Shown here piece by piece: positions 25,371-38,976 of a stretch of 64,000 nt of DNA. The first letter of the stretch is position 1, and the number at the start of each line of letters is the position of its first letter. Under the pieces are notes generated by a model. It made no database searches, was not told the DNA's origin, and saw only the letters and a list, made by a program, of their open reading frames with translations. Position numbers and translations under genes: made by a program. This DNA comes from Mytilus trossulus (lineage: Eukaryota), in the NCBI RefSeq assembly GCF_036588685.1, contig NC_086376.1, forward strand, positions 26,412,001-26,476,000, given 5' to 3'.

Positions 25371-26015
25371 GTAAGTTTGAAAGATTTATGTTATTTTGAA
25401 ATAGAAGTAATGAAAAAAAATCGGAATTTTTGATCTTTTATATACTAGTAGAATGTTTTGTCAAGACGCTAATATAAAACATGTACAATTAAATCAAAAG
25501 ATTTATCCATTTGCTTTACGTTTTGCAGATCATGCAAAAATTACATGTATCGATGTTACGGTGGAAATTTTATTTAATTAAGAGTATATGATAATCCTGA
25601 AGATTTGGAAACCTTAAATTAGTACAAAACTCTGTGTGCGGTATTTAACTTTCAGATAGGATAAAAATTGTTACGATGACAGGAATATTTTTCAATATAG
25701 GACACAGCTGGAAAGAGAACGAACACGTCTTAGGAGTAAAATACTGATAATGTAAATACAACCCTTATGGTCATAGAATTTTATTTGATGACAAACTGAT
25801 TATGTCGGTATAAAGGGATCAAATTTTCCAATAACGTCTTAAAGTTATCTTTAGTGAGTTAAAGAGAAAGGGATATATCATATAGGTAAATTTCATTATG
25901 ATAGAAATACAAAGCAGATGAGTACATACAATTTATTTCACATTTTCATAGTAAAATAAATTAATCTATTAATATGATATACTTTCAGTTAACGTCATTA
26001 CCTCCAAGTGGAAAC

Positions 26016-27302
26016 ATGCAACCAAAGATTCCACTTATTCTGTCGAGGCCACACGTGTGGTCTCATAATACAAATTATGTCGGTGCAGTTGGCCTACACA
26101 GTGAAAATAGTTCAGCTGCACGTGCTCGAACACTTAGTATAGATAAACGTTTGAATAAAGTCATATCTGTGCTAAAAGACATGGAAAGGAAGGATATACG
26201 AAAGATTGAAAAATCTAAACGTGATATAGAAAATTCCATGTTAGCATATAATGAAAAAATGAAACAAATAAATGCTTCTAAGCGACAAATTGCTAAATCC
26301 CCCGAACAATCAGATTCCAACAGTAATCATTCGACTTCGACTCTTGCTTCACCTGGCAGTTCTTCCGGAAGTGATAAATATTCACCTAGAACACGGAATG
26401 TGTCACCGGTTAAGAGTCGTAGAGTGTCTCTTCCAAAAATTGGACTTGGTACACCTAGAAACATCAATAAAAGAAGACTGTCTAGCGTTTCCGACAGCGA
26501 AGCATTGCCTAATTCGTTAAGTCAAAACAGATCACGATTATTGCAAGAAACCTCGTCACGATCGTTAACTTTTAGTGAAAATAAAAAATCTGATAAACAG
26601 ATGAACAAAACAGAAGATTGTGAAGACAACCATATTGAAATAAGCCCGTTTCCGTTTGAATCTTTTGATTACGGTAACTTGAAATATGGTACTGATGAAA
26701 AACCTACTATTTCGCAAAGGGATCGGCTTCACAGAAAAAGAATTAACTACAAGCAATTTCAAGATGAAAAAGAACTTGAACGTCAACGTATACTTATGAA
26801 GAAAAAACAATTACCCGAAAGTGATCCTTTTGACCATAGAAAAGAAATTTTACGTCAGCAGGCGGAAAATAAACGCGCTGCACTGCTTTTGGAGAAAGCG
26901 CGACAAGAGGCAGTGAAAAATAAGAAAGATGTATGTAATTCTTTCTGTTATTCTTTTGCAATGGAAGAACTCATGAAAAAGTCTGATCCATTGGCATACA
27001 TTGCTTCAGAAAAAGACTTCATATCTAAAGTTGAAGTTGACAAAAATGGTACAATTAAACAAACACTTGGTCCTGCTGTGTTGACAATCATTGGTGTTGA
27101 TGAATTAAAAAATTATCAGGGAATGAGAATAAAATGGTCTGCAAAATACCGATCACATAATACAGAAGAAAATGAACAGTCTGGAGATAGTTTTCTTCCA
27201 CCAATAACAGTTGGAGGACAAAAATATAATTTTTCACGAGAGACCACTCGGGAGCATGAAAATCTCCATATTCATAGACTAGATTCTCAGTCAACCATAT
27301 CA
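26016..27302 (+). CDS. Main coding exon of an uncharacterised basic, Ser/Arg-rich, partly coiled-coil protein
   Basis: 1.3-kb open frame in AT-rich DNA; acceptor ACTTTCAG ends 25988; first ATG in context AACATG at 26016; phase-0 donor TCA|GTAAGT at 27303; no transposon motifs. Confidence 0.8.
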
Positions 27303-27964
27303 GTAAGTTAAATGGTTTGATGGTGTTTTATCTGTAATGTAAATTGTTGGTTGGTTTCTAAATGTAGTGAGGTTAGATACCTGCAAAACAGTAATGTATG
27401 CTCTAAACTACACAAAACAGTAATGCATGCTCTAAACTTACATTGACATGTAATCTATATCTCCTTTTATTCAAGATAATGGCATATCGAGAGATGGTTT
27501 GGTTACAAAAAGTTATCGATTCAAAAAAGCTTTACTTGCCATTATATACTTTAAAAATTTTGGAATACATGAAACTTAAAATATTGGGTCGTTTCACACT
27601 TAGAGCAATTCACACACATGGACACTGTTTATCATGCATCTAACCTCAATGATATATTTGGTGCAGTTTGTAGTTTTGAAGAATTCAGGGATATACTAAT
27701 ATTGAAACTTATTGTTGGTGCTGGTTAAGATAGTATTGCTTGAATTGTTATATTTCTGCAATTTAACTTTACAAAATACCTAAAAACCAATTATACTTGT
27801 GTTTGTATACGCGTTACATTTGATAGTTTATATTTTAACAAAAATTAAGAAACAAAAATATTTCATTTCATGTTATTCGAAATTTATATAAAGGAAAATT
27901 TATACTGGTATTATTAACGTTACGGGTCCTTGTTTTTTTTTCACAAAAGTTTGGTTTTAAGGGT

Positions 27965-29210
27965 CTGATATTTCAATCTTTTAGTTCTTTTCGAAAAAGA
28001 ACACGAAAGATTTTAATTGAGCCATCAGAAAATTTAAACGGAGATTACAGCACATATAACTTTAAGAATCTTTTCTACTTTTTTGGTTTCGATTCGAATG
28101 AAAAGATTTTGAAGCAAAGATGTCAATACATGTAATTATTTTTTTTATTATTCTGAATTGTATCTCGTTTTGTTATTCATTTCATTTTTTCGATTGAAAT
28201 GAGTGAAATTGTATGATTACATAAGATTTAAATCGCCCAATTATAGTTACTGCCTTGTAGATTTCGTTGACAATGATTGGTATTTATATTTTGTCTTTTT
28301 GTTGTATTTCACTACAAGGTGGTTAATATAAATATGATTGCAGCCTGTTCTTTAAGACAGAAAGAAGTATGCATATGCGAGCAATAATTTACCTAAAGTA
28401 AAGTGTAATATTCATATGTTTTTTAGTTGTCGGACATTTCAATGTTTAAGTTCAGAACACTATGAAACAAACTTCAGGTTGATTATAGCACACAATATCT
28501 TTTCACTTTTTGGTTTCGATTCGAATGAAAAGATATCATATGCAAACTGTCAATAACGGTAATCATACTTTTATTACGATTTGTATTTCATTTTGTTATT
28601 CATTTCGTTTTTTTCGATTGAAATGAGTAGAATTTTGTGATTGTAAAAGAATGAAATTATACAATTTTAGTTTTTGCCTTGTTAATTTCGTTGACAGAGA
28701 TAGGTATTTATATATTTGGTCTTTTTGTTATATTTCACGACAAGGTGTTTGTTTATTAGAAATAGTGTTGTAGTCTATTTCACAGAAATATTGATTTAAC
28801 TAGCTATTTTGAAATTGCATGTATCCTTCATATGTTTATCTTCACAACGATGTCGTTTTCATTTGTCTCGTATTTTAATCTTTTAGTTCATTTCGAAAAA
28901 GAACATGGAAGATTTCAATTTGACTATCCGAAATTTTTTACACAATGTCTTTTCTTCCTTTTTTGGTTTCGATTTGAAAGAAAAGATAAATTCATTTTTT
29001 ATGGATAGATGTGAATCAATTAAAGCGATTACTTAAACAATAATAATATTGCCTTTCTATTTATTTCAGTTTCGTTGCTTGTGATTTTGGATGAAATTTG
29101 AAATATTGTTTTGATAAAATAAGAATTAATTCGTCAAGCACTGGTAAATGCCTTATACATATTGTTTTGAGAAGATGTGAATTTATTTCCATATATTTGA
29201 TCACAAGGCG
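27965..29210 (+). repeat. Diverged tandem triplication (430-450 bp units), probably intronic
   Basis: TTTTGGTTTCGATT(C/T)GAA.GAAAAGAT at about 28082, 28508, 28961. Confidence 0.8.
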
Positions 29211-29651
29211 TAATTGATATAATATAAGTGGCTTTTTTTCTTTGATAAAATGCTAGATTTGATTTAACCAAGGTCATTTTCAATTATATATACCCCATTT
29301 ATATGAATGTGTTTTATGTTTTACTTCACAACGTAAATTACTTGAGATGCTATCAGTTACTTTGATATGGTGTGTAAATAGAATTAAGGAAATTGAAATT
29401 AATTTAAAATAACATTTTACTTTAATGGTATAAAACAAGAAATTCATTTAAATTGACACCATTAAACTTTTTAAACCGTTCCCTATTTAATTTTATTACT
29501 GTATCACCCTTAACCAATCTATATTTAACTTAATTTTGCAAATACATATGATAGTATGCTTTGTATAAAACTGACTTTTTAAACGAATTGTATTTAAAAT
29601 CAATTATTTACATTAAAAACTTATCCTCAATTCACTAACATTTAATTTCAG

Positions 29652-29708
29652 AAAAAGAAACAAAATAGGCGGCGAAAACTCAAGGCTACTATGTCTTCCA
29701 AAGGATAG
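29652..29708 (+). CDS. Probable terminal coding exon (KKKQNRRRKLKATMSSKG*)
   Basis: Branch point CACTAAC then TTTAATTTCAG acceptor (AG 29650-29651); in frame with the phase-0 donor at 27303; AATAAA at 29752-29757. Confidence 0.65.
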   Translation, partial: KKKQNRRRKLKATMSSKG

Positions 29709-31375
29709 TTTTACTGTGATATATGCTTATGTATTGAATCTCATGATTGTCAATAAATATTAAAAAGTATACAATATCATATTTGCTTCTTTCTTTTGTC
29801 GTAACAATATTGAGAGAACAAAAAATGTTGCACATGATGCACCATTACTTTCAGTTATTCTCCATGCCCCCTTCTCCTGGTCTTATTTCATTCGAATTTC
29901 TCCGCGTGCTTCTTTGAACGGATGTCTCTTGGTCTAACTTCATTCCTACTTTTGTTTAAATCACTTCATTCAGCCTTATTGATTGCTTACAGAAACACTC
30001 ATGTCTGTTTGTTCTAAGAAATATATACCTGCTCCACACCTGGCGACTAAAAATGTTCTCTCCGATCGACTTTCTTATTGTTTTAGTTTTTAGCATGCTT
30101 AAACATGAAGCCTTTATATTTAGTTCATATATTGCATATCTTGTCTTATGTCTTTATATCTGATACCAAAAGACAAATTGTATCTTTATGGAAGCAGCAA
30201 TATGAATTTATTTTGCAGTGTGCAATTAACTTTTGATGTTTTGCAAGTACCTTTATCCCATTGTATGCCTACAAGGAGACACAAGATACCAATGGCAGTC
30301 AGGATTCTACTTCGTAAAAACTATCTCCCCATTACGCTAGTTAATTTTCACAATCGTAGAAATGGAAGCCATTGTAGGGATGAATCGCTGCCAATTTTGC
30401 TTTTGAAAACCAACTTTATCCGCATAGCACCTTTACGATCATCAGATGTCAGGTGTATATGAAAAAACAAATATATCTACTAGCTAATGAGCATCAGTTA
30501 ATGATCTTGTCTTCGTTGATTCAACTAAAACTATTGTGTAATCGGTGAAATTTTTGAAAATTCCTAAACATTTAAAAAAATTCTAATTAAATATTTCGTG
30601 GAAGGGCAGATTAGATTTTTTAGTGGTTGAAGACTATAAACATTAGTTATCACACACAATTTTTTATTTCGAAGATATGCATTTTCATCACCCAACTTGA
30701 AAGACTGTCGTCAAGTATTTTTAGTAAAAAAAATAGCTATTTGAACATACCTACTCTGTTTTTATGATTCATTAGATAGGTGTTTCACTTGACCCATATA
30801 TTTCATCTTTTAGTACTGTGATTTTTTATGTTATAAAGTTAACCTGTAGCTTTGATATATAAAAATGATAGAATCTGAAGCGAGATGATGCATCAAATAT
30901 TTTTGCTTTGTACAATTTCAAGACAAATATTCAACTCAAACACGCCCTAATATAAAAAGGTGCACTCGATTTTCTCTTTTTGATACAACTGTTAGCCATT
31001 TTTTAGATTTTTTTCTTGAGTCACAAAATGGACGGGCAGACACGAAAATTACTGAACTAATAGATTGATAGGTTCTCTGTCCGTTTTAGTTTCTTCCAAA
31101 AAATCGGAGGTTATGCATTTTCTACATTCAACTTGATATATACCCATGTCGTCGACTTGATATCTAATTGTTCTGCTTAACTATGTGTTAGATAAATTGA
31201 AACCTTATGCAAATGATGTTTTTAAAATAGAACACTTCGTAGTTAAAGGAAATTGCCATATTTGTTTGTTTCTATCAACTTTTAAATGTTTTGTTACTAC
31301 AGTAAACATAACAGTAAGCATTCATCGCATTCTCTAACAAAGAGCTTCGATTCTTTTGTTCTAGGTTTCCGCCTT

Positions 31376-31600
31376 TATGGGATATTCAAACTCATGTGTC
31401 TTAAAAAAAAATTAACAATGCCCAAGTAAAAAAACCCACGTAGAAACGACAAATAACAGTACACAAACACAACATTGAAAACAAAGCCTGAGGAACACGA
31501 ACTGCACCAAAAACCAGGGTTGATCTCATGTGTTTCGGAAGGGTATGTAGATTCTGCTTCATATGTTTTGCACTCGCTGTGCTGCTCATATAAGAACGAA
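31376..31600 (-). repeat. Diverged tandem copy of the same element's 3' end
   Basis: Similar to 31627-31845; further copies at about 2080-2295 (+) and 33030-33160 (-). Confidence 0.65.
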
Positions 31601-31626
31601 CCAGATAATAAGTATAAAAGAGTGAC

Positions 31627-32826
31627 AAAAGATACCATAGGGAGAGCCAAACTCATAGATAGAAAATAAACTGACAACGCCATGGCTAAAAATAAAAAGA
31701 CAAACAGACAAATAATAGTACAGAAGACATAACATAGAAAACAAGAGACTAAGCATCATGAACCCCACCAAAAACTTTGGGTGATATCAGGTGCTCCCGA
31801 AGAGTAAGAAGATCCTGTTCCACATGTGGCACCCGTCGTGTTGCTTATGTTATTACAAATCCGGTAAAAAGTCTTATTCGGAAACATAAAGAACATATCC
31901 GATATCATCTGCGAAACGGTTATTTTATAACGGTTAACCAACTCGTGATGGAGTCCGTAAAATTTACGAGGGGATGATTTCAACTTTACCCTTTGGAACT
32001 CTTTGTTTAATAAATTTCTTGTGAGAAGCAATCCTCTATCAAGGAATCATGATAGGAAATACAAGCCTGGGAATATCGTATCAATTGGGAGGTATATACT
32101 CCGTATGAAGGTGCTGCTGGAATGTTGTTACATAGAAATTTGGAAGCTGAAATCATCTCTTTTGTCGTAAAATTTTGTTTTCAACCAACCTTCATTGTCA
32201 ATTTCAAAATATGTGCCAGACTTAGCTGATCTGTAGTATCCTTTATCTCCAGTTCGATGGGATAGATTCGTTCAACATAGTCACCAAATTTTGTATGGTT
32301 TAGTGAGAGAACATCATCTATATAGCGGAACGTAAAGTTAAGCATACTGCTTACTTCTTATCTTTCTTCCTATGAAGTTCCTGTATGAATTCAGCCTCAT
32401 AATAATAAATAAACAAGTCTGCAAGAAGAGGGGCACAATTGGTTTCCATTGGAAATCCGACAGTCTATTGAAAAAACACATGCTTCAAACGTAACAAATA
32501 TGTTGTCAATCAAAAGAAATCAAGCATTTTGATAATGTCAGTTTCAGAGAATTTTTTGTTTGAATCAGAGTGATTCTTTACAAAGTAAAATTTATCCCTT
32601 CCCAAATCAAGATATTTGTATCTACGTTCACCATTCTTTTTAAGGTAACAAAGTAACACACAACTCTTCCAATTTGTCTTTTAGTTTGCAATGGGTAATA
32701 CTTGTGTAAATTGTAGAAAAGTCAAATGTTTTAATACTATTGCAATATGGGAGAGTCTTAGATTGTATGTACTCTAAAAGATCTTTGGAGTTTTTGAGTA
32801 TCCACATCTCGTACACGCCACCTATG
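31627..32826 (-). mobile_element. 5'-truncated, decayed Penelope-like (Naiad-type) retroelement: RT plus 3' UTR
   Basis: Frameshifted RT with MWILKNSKDLL, KTFDFSTIYT, GFPMETNCAPLLADLF, FRYIDDVLSLN, YPIELEIKDTT, PSYGVYTSQLIRY; no GIY-YIG domain after the RT. Confidence 0.85.
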
Positions 32827-33249
32827 GAAAAGGCTCATCAAGTTTAAAAAAAGGCCAAATAAAGTACGAAGTTTAAACGCATTGATAATATTGAAATGAG
32901 ACACTTTATTAAATTATAGAATGATAATAATCGCAGATACTAGAAGTGGATCAGGAAATCCCGGGTTCATGATTTCAACCGGGGGTATATGTTGCTCACA
33001 AAAGAGACAGTATCCAAAGGATGCATTCAATCCAATACGTCGAAGAAGACTGACAATGACGTGGCAAAAAAACCCAACATAACAGAAAACTCAACACGAG
33101 GTAAAATGAGCTGTAGCCAAAACTGGGGGTGATTTCAGGTGCTCCGGCAGCATAAGCAGATCATTAGCCACTAATAACTTCCGTTAAATTTTATTTTACA
33201 GTTTAGTAGTTAGTGGGCTATTTTATAGAAAAAGACAACAGTAGTATAT

Positions 33250-33875
33250 ACATAAACTCACCATCAATACCAGGACTAAATTTTGTATATCGCCAGACGC
33301 GCGTTTCGTCTACAAAACAAACTCATCACTGACGCTCGAATCCAAAAAAGTTCAACAGGCCAAATAAAGTACAAAGTTGAAGAGCATTAAGGATCAAAAT
33401 TTCTAAAAGTTTTGCAAATACAACTAAGGTAATCAATGCCTGAGGTAGAAAAGCTTAGTATTTCGAAAATTCTAAATTTTGTAAACAGTTGATTTATAAA
33501 TATAACCATATCAATGATAATTCATGTCAGCACAAAAGTGCTGCCTACTTGGCTGGTAAAACTATCGAGGAAATTAATCTCCACCAGCAGTGACAACTAC
33601 CCAGTGATAGTAAATATACTCACCATAGATACCAGGACTAAATTTTGTATTTACGCCGGACGTGTGTTTTGTCTACAAAAGATTCATCAGTGACGCTCGA
33701 ATTCAAAAAAGTTAAAAGGCCAAATAAAGAACCAAGTTGAATAGCATTGAGGATCAAAATTTCGAAAAGTTTTGCTAAATACAGCTAACATAATCTATGC
33801 CTGAGGATAGAAAAGCCTTAGTATTTCAAAAATTCACACAATTTGTTAACAGTTAATAAATACAACCATATTATT
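33250..33875 (-). mobile_element. Retrozyme dimer, second subfamily (about 362-bp period), hammerhead cores mutated
   Basis: Homologous to the 35.2-35.9 kb unit; remnants at about 33290-33335 (CTGATGA to GTGATGA) and 33653-33696 (GAAA to AAAA). Confidence 0.85.
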
Positions 33876-35489
33876 GGTACTACCGCTGTTAAAAAAAGTC
33901 ATAAGTCGATTGAAAGAAAATAAATCCGGATTACAAACTAAAATCGAAGGAAACGCATCAACTATAAGAGGAAAACAACGGAGCAAAAGAAGCACTGAAC
34001 TGCAACAAAAACAAACGCCAACATATATAGAAACGGACTACTTGATTAAAAATGGTTGGTTGAACCTGGGTTTATTGCTAGCCATCTTCTATCTTTTTTT
34101 TTGTGTTCATTGTGTTCTCCGGCTTTGATTGACTTTTAGTTTTTAGTTATGTTATTTATATCCTCTCTCTTTTTATAAAAGATTGAAAAGCATCATTCTT
34201 TAAATATTGTTTTAAGTGTTTCACTTTTATACATTCCACCGCCTTTTATTTGATCAAATTTCAATCATGCACCGTCACTGTTGCAATTGTAAACGTAGAA
34301 AAAATAATTTCAAGTTTTCAACTTTGACCAGACCACGATGAACACATACTATACGAGTTGTAACGGCTACTGACAATTTGTATTAACTTCTAAACTTAGC
34401 TATTTAGATCATAGAATAAAAGCAAATATGTACTAGTAGAACCCATTGTACAAAATAAAATAAAATAATATTACTAATTTTGCTAGAAATAATTGCCAAT
34501 GTGTTAAAACATACTGTTGGTGCGAACGTGACAAAATAATCGCAATTCTAAACTATCCACAGAAATGATATGCTGCTCCTAGTCATTATACGTATCAATA
34601 TTTTCATATATTATTCGTCTGTATTAAGTTGTCAGAGTGTGGTTGTTAAATATTGTATAAGTCATAGAATATCTATATAGGGATCACCAAAATGAAGCAA
34701 ATTAAGAGAAATTAAAGTTAATTTTAATGATTAACAAATGAAATTACATAGAAAGTTGACACTATCGATATGACCATCTTTGACCTCGCTTAAGATACCA
34801 ACAGGTTCAATGGTAATTCTACACACTACTTTAACTTCTTAACCATATCTTGTTAAGGATTTTTATTTCACTAAAGCAACAAATGAATTACTCTCTAAAT
34901 GTAAGAAAAAAATATCATCGATATCTACCCATATCATCAATTACATACACAGGTACGTATCAATTAGTTAAGAATCCTGACGTTTACACTTAGAGCGTAC
35001 ATAGCACTTTTGTGAGGCAATAACTGTGATGAACTTATAGAATTCTTGAGTTAATTAACAACATTATCTGTAAATGTATCCATTAATGTCTAAAACTGTT
35101 AATACGTAAGCTTATGGGGAAAAACTAAAGTATGTGACTGCATGCAAAGATCAAGCTAAAACTAACTAAAGTGGGCATTTTTATAAATGTCCTGTTTACA
35201 AAACATTGAATTTCACCACTGGGTCGATGCCACTGCTGATGGACGTTTCGTCCCCGAGGGTATTACCAGCCCAGTAGTCAACATTTCGGTGTTGACATGA
35301 ATATCAATGATGTGGTCATTTTTATAAATTTCCTGTTTACAAAACATTAAATTTTACGAAAAACTAAGGTTTTTTTTTTATACCAGGCATAGATTACCTT
35401 AGCCGTATTTGGCACAACTTTTTGGAATTTTGGATCATCAATGCTCTTCATCTTTGTACTTGTTTGGCTTTATAAATATTTTGATATAA

Positions 35490-35533
35490 GCGTCACTGAT
35501 GAGTCTTATGTAGACGAAACGCGCGTCTGGCGT
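35490..35533 (+). ncRNA. Type I hammerhead ribozyme, intact
   Basis: Stem I GCGTCA/TGGCGT, CTGATGA, stem II GTCT-TATGT-AGAC, GAAA, minimal stem III AC-GCGC-GT, GUC cleavage triplet. Confidence 0.93.
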
Positions 35534-35844
35534 ACTTAATTATAATCCTGGTACCTGTGATAACTATTTACACCACTGGGTCGATGCCACTGCTGGTGGA
35601 CGTTTCGTCCCCGAGGGTATCACCAGCCCAGGAGTCAACATTTCGGTGTTGACATGAATATCAATAATGTGGTCATTTTTATAAATTTCCTGTTTACAAA
35701 ACATTGAATTTTACGAAAAACTAAGGATTTTCTTATACCAGTTATAGATTACCTAAGTCGTATTTGGCACAACTTTTTGGAATTTTTGATCCTCAATGCT
35801 CTTCATCTTTGTACTTGTTTGGCTTTATAAATATTTTGATATGA

Positions 35845-35888
35845 GCGTCACTGATGAGTATTATGTAGACGAAACGCGCGTCTGGCGT
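35845..35888 (+). ncRNA. Type I hammerhead ribozyme, one stem II mismatch
   Basis: Core intact; stem II reads GTAT/AGAC. Confidence 0.88.
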
Positions 35889-38761
35889 ACTAAATTATAG
35901 TCCTGGTACCTTTGATAACTAATATGGGTAAGTACATATGTTACACGGGAAAGCAATAGAAATCCACAAGAACGGACATTCAATTATACATTTTGCAACC
36001 AATTCTGTTCTTTGGCAGTTCAGAAGTTTAAATTCGTAATGCATTTGTAAATGCTTTATAAGATGAAGTGTATTATAATTAGATAGAGTAGATTTGTAAA
36101 ATCACAACGAGTTTTCAAAATACAAAATTAAAGTGTCGTCGTTTGAAAGATAAATTCCAATAAGATATTCTCCTGAATTGTATTTCTCATCAGAAGTACA
36201 TGGGAACTAGTAATCTTATAATTTAAAAATAAATAAAAATTAAGATAAAACACAAATCTTCAACCCATGTTACAGGCTTAAATTAACCAACTCAGTTTCT
36301 ATATTAGGAAACAAATCAGGAGTCCAAGCTTATCAGATCTAAATATACCATAGAACCATGGAAACACAACAAATATAGCTGAGAGAATATACAAAAACCA
36401 AAGAAAGATCAGATAATGTTGTTCTTCGAATTAAAATAAATCCCTCTAAATTAGTTAACATTGATCCATTGATAAAACGAATCCTTAAAATGACTGTCTC
36501 ATTCCAATAAAGATTATGGATATTTTGGAGTTAGATATTTCATAACGCTTCATTTAATTTTAAATCTATACTATGTCCATAGACAAGGATAAAATTAAAT
36601 AACCTTCACAAAAAGGCGTAGCCGTCCCTATTTTAACATATCCATTCATAAATATTTATTCATCAATATCAATATTGTATGAAAGTTTCAAATGATTGGA
36701 ATTTGGTGTTTTGTTCATTGCTCAAATAATTTTTCTGTTTCCCTTTTACGCTTCCGTATGTTACATGGTCATGAGACGAGACAATTATTAAAAGCTATTT
36801 TTTAATGAATTTTTGACCTTTAATCGATGTTAAAACCCTTTTGGTTTAAACATCCAAAATATCATACATGACGTTTTCCCTGATTTCACGATTAGAGTTT
36901 TGAGTCAAAGACTGTAGATTAATATTTATCATGTTTGTAATTCAAACAGTTAAAAAAATGTCTCCCTTTATTTAAAAAAAATCTAAAAATCATCGATTGA
37001 AAAACAGTTAAATTTAAAATATTGTTAGCCTTGACGTTTTTAACAGACACATTTCATAATAGAATAAAAACAGATTATAGTCTTCAATGTTTACTTTATG
37101 TAATTAAAACCATTTGAGACATGTAGCCTAATAAGGTTATTTCAAAGTTAGTAATCAGTATAAGTCAAATAATTACAAGGATGACATTTTTTTTTATTGT
37201 GTTTCATATCCCACTTTTTTTAATTCAAAAAGAAAGTACCAGATATGGATAGGAGCTTTGATTAATGAGAACAATAGTATGATTGGTATATCCATTAAAA
37301 TTATAATGCTATCATAATTCATGTTACCCGCACATCATACAGAATTGTCGAGTATAATGTCATTGCGACATCATACATTTGCAATGTTATGAATACTGTA
37401 TCCCAAACAACCTTTTCAGAAACAGTAGTTTGTCTGTTCATCCTTTTTTTTTCTTGCAATTTTATCAGATCTCCTCATATGCATGATTGTTTATTTGATT
37501 TAATTGATTGATAATCAATGATTAATCGATCTAAAATCAATAGGGTTCGAAAAACCAGATAGTTCGACTTGGCTTCTAACCTGACATGTCAATAAATTGT
37601 GACAAATCATGCTTTCAATTTAAACTGTGAACTACGAATATGCTATACTGTTTTCTTGAGCCTGTCAGTCCAAAGTCGGTTACATTCTTGTTTACTTTGC
37701 CTTGTAAACATATTTTCATATGGAAACCTTGAAACTGTTTGAAATACTTTGGGTTAAAATAATTGTAAATATAGGTTAAAGTTTACCGATGTTTAAATAT
37801 GTTACAAAATGTAAACTATGTAATTTGTATTAATCAACAGTCAGTATAATAGAAGATATGATAAATGGTTGCAAACAGAACTCAGAGAAAAGGAACGACA
37901 CATGAATCGAAAAATGTATTGTGAAAACCTTGAATGGTAACCACAGTCTTCTCAACGCCTATTTTCTTGTCAGATTTACATAAGCATAATAAACTGCTTA
38001 AAGGGAACCGTATCTGCGAAAAATAACCCGAAATTGTGACCTTAAATAAAGGCAACTGTAGTATACCGCTGTTCAAAAGTCATTTCAGGAAGATAATATG
38101 AGTCTTGATCAAGTTTATTTTCCTACTTGAAGCAAGCTTTTTAAATTACAACTTTATTTTGCACATTTTTATAAATATATTGATATGTTGCTTCTTTTTG
38201 AGGATTTTTTTTTTAAATCATCGACAAAAAGAAATGAAAATCCGAAAAAGTAGAAGCCAATTAAACAATTTACTACACTTAAAAGAACCAACAGGAAATG
38301 AGTCAGCAAGACAGATAACTGAAAAACAAACATTGATCAAAAAGGAAACCTACAAAAAACTAGGATTTTACCTATAAGTATCAAATGAAGCTGGAAATAA
38401 CACCAATTGTTTTTCTCATGTCTAGATTGGTCAATGAAATATATGCGGTGGTACGTTACTCAATAGAAGATTGGTCAGTATATCATTCCTGACCCATCCA
38501 CGATAACGAGTTCATCAACCAATAGATGTAGGAAGATGTGGTGTGAGTGCCAATGAGACAACTCTCCATCCAAATAACAATTTTAAAAGTAAACCATTAT
38601 AGGTTAAAGTACGGCCTTAGTTTGTATATACATTAATCTACCCTCTTGTTTACTAGTAATCGAACATATCTGTTTAAAATAACTTTGTTCTGTAAAAGAA
38701 TAGAGAAGACCGTTACATAATGATCCAACAAATACATTGAATAAAAAATCAATATGATATA

Positions 38762-38976
38762 CCGTATAGCGGGTTATTTTCGCGGGGTGTAAATTTTCGC
38801 TTATTTTCGCGGATATAACAAAACCGCCAAAATAAATTCCGCCAATTTAAAAGGGTACATGCAAAGTTAATGATAAAAGATTTGAATCCGCCAAAATAAT
38901 AACCGCTAAAATATTTCGTATACCTTATTCAATGAAAATCGAAATTTTACCCCAGCGAAAATAACCCGCTATACGG
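38762..38976. mobile_element. MITE, Tc1/mariner-type (215 bp)
   Basis: 22-bp perfect TIR CCGTATAGCGGGTTATTTTCGC, extending imperfectly to about 38 bp; TA on both flanks. Confidence 0.88.

Larger units (their letters stand above)
35175..35921 (+). mobile_element. Non-LTR retrozyme: about two tandem 355-bp units, each with a type I hammerhead ribozyme
   Basis: Tandem repeat; predicted cleavage sites after 35527 and 35882 are 355 nt apart. Confidence 0.92.

Noticed and set aside
25974-26015. ORF-track start MIYFQ for the 445-aa protein
   Set aside because: Overlaps the splice acceptor ending at 25988
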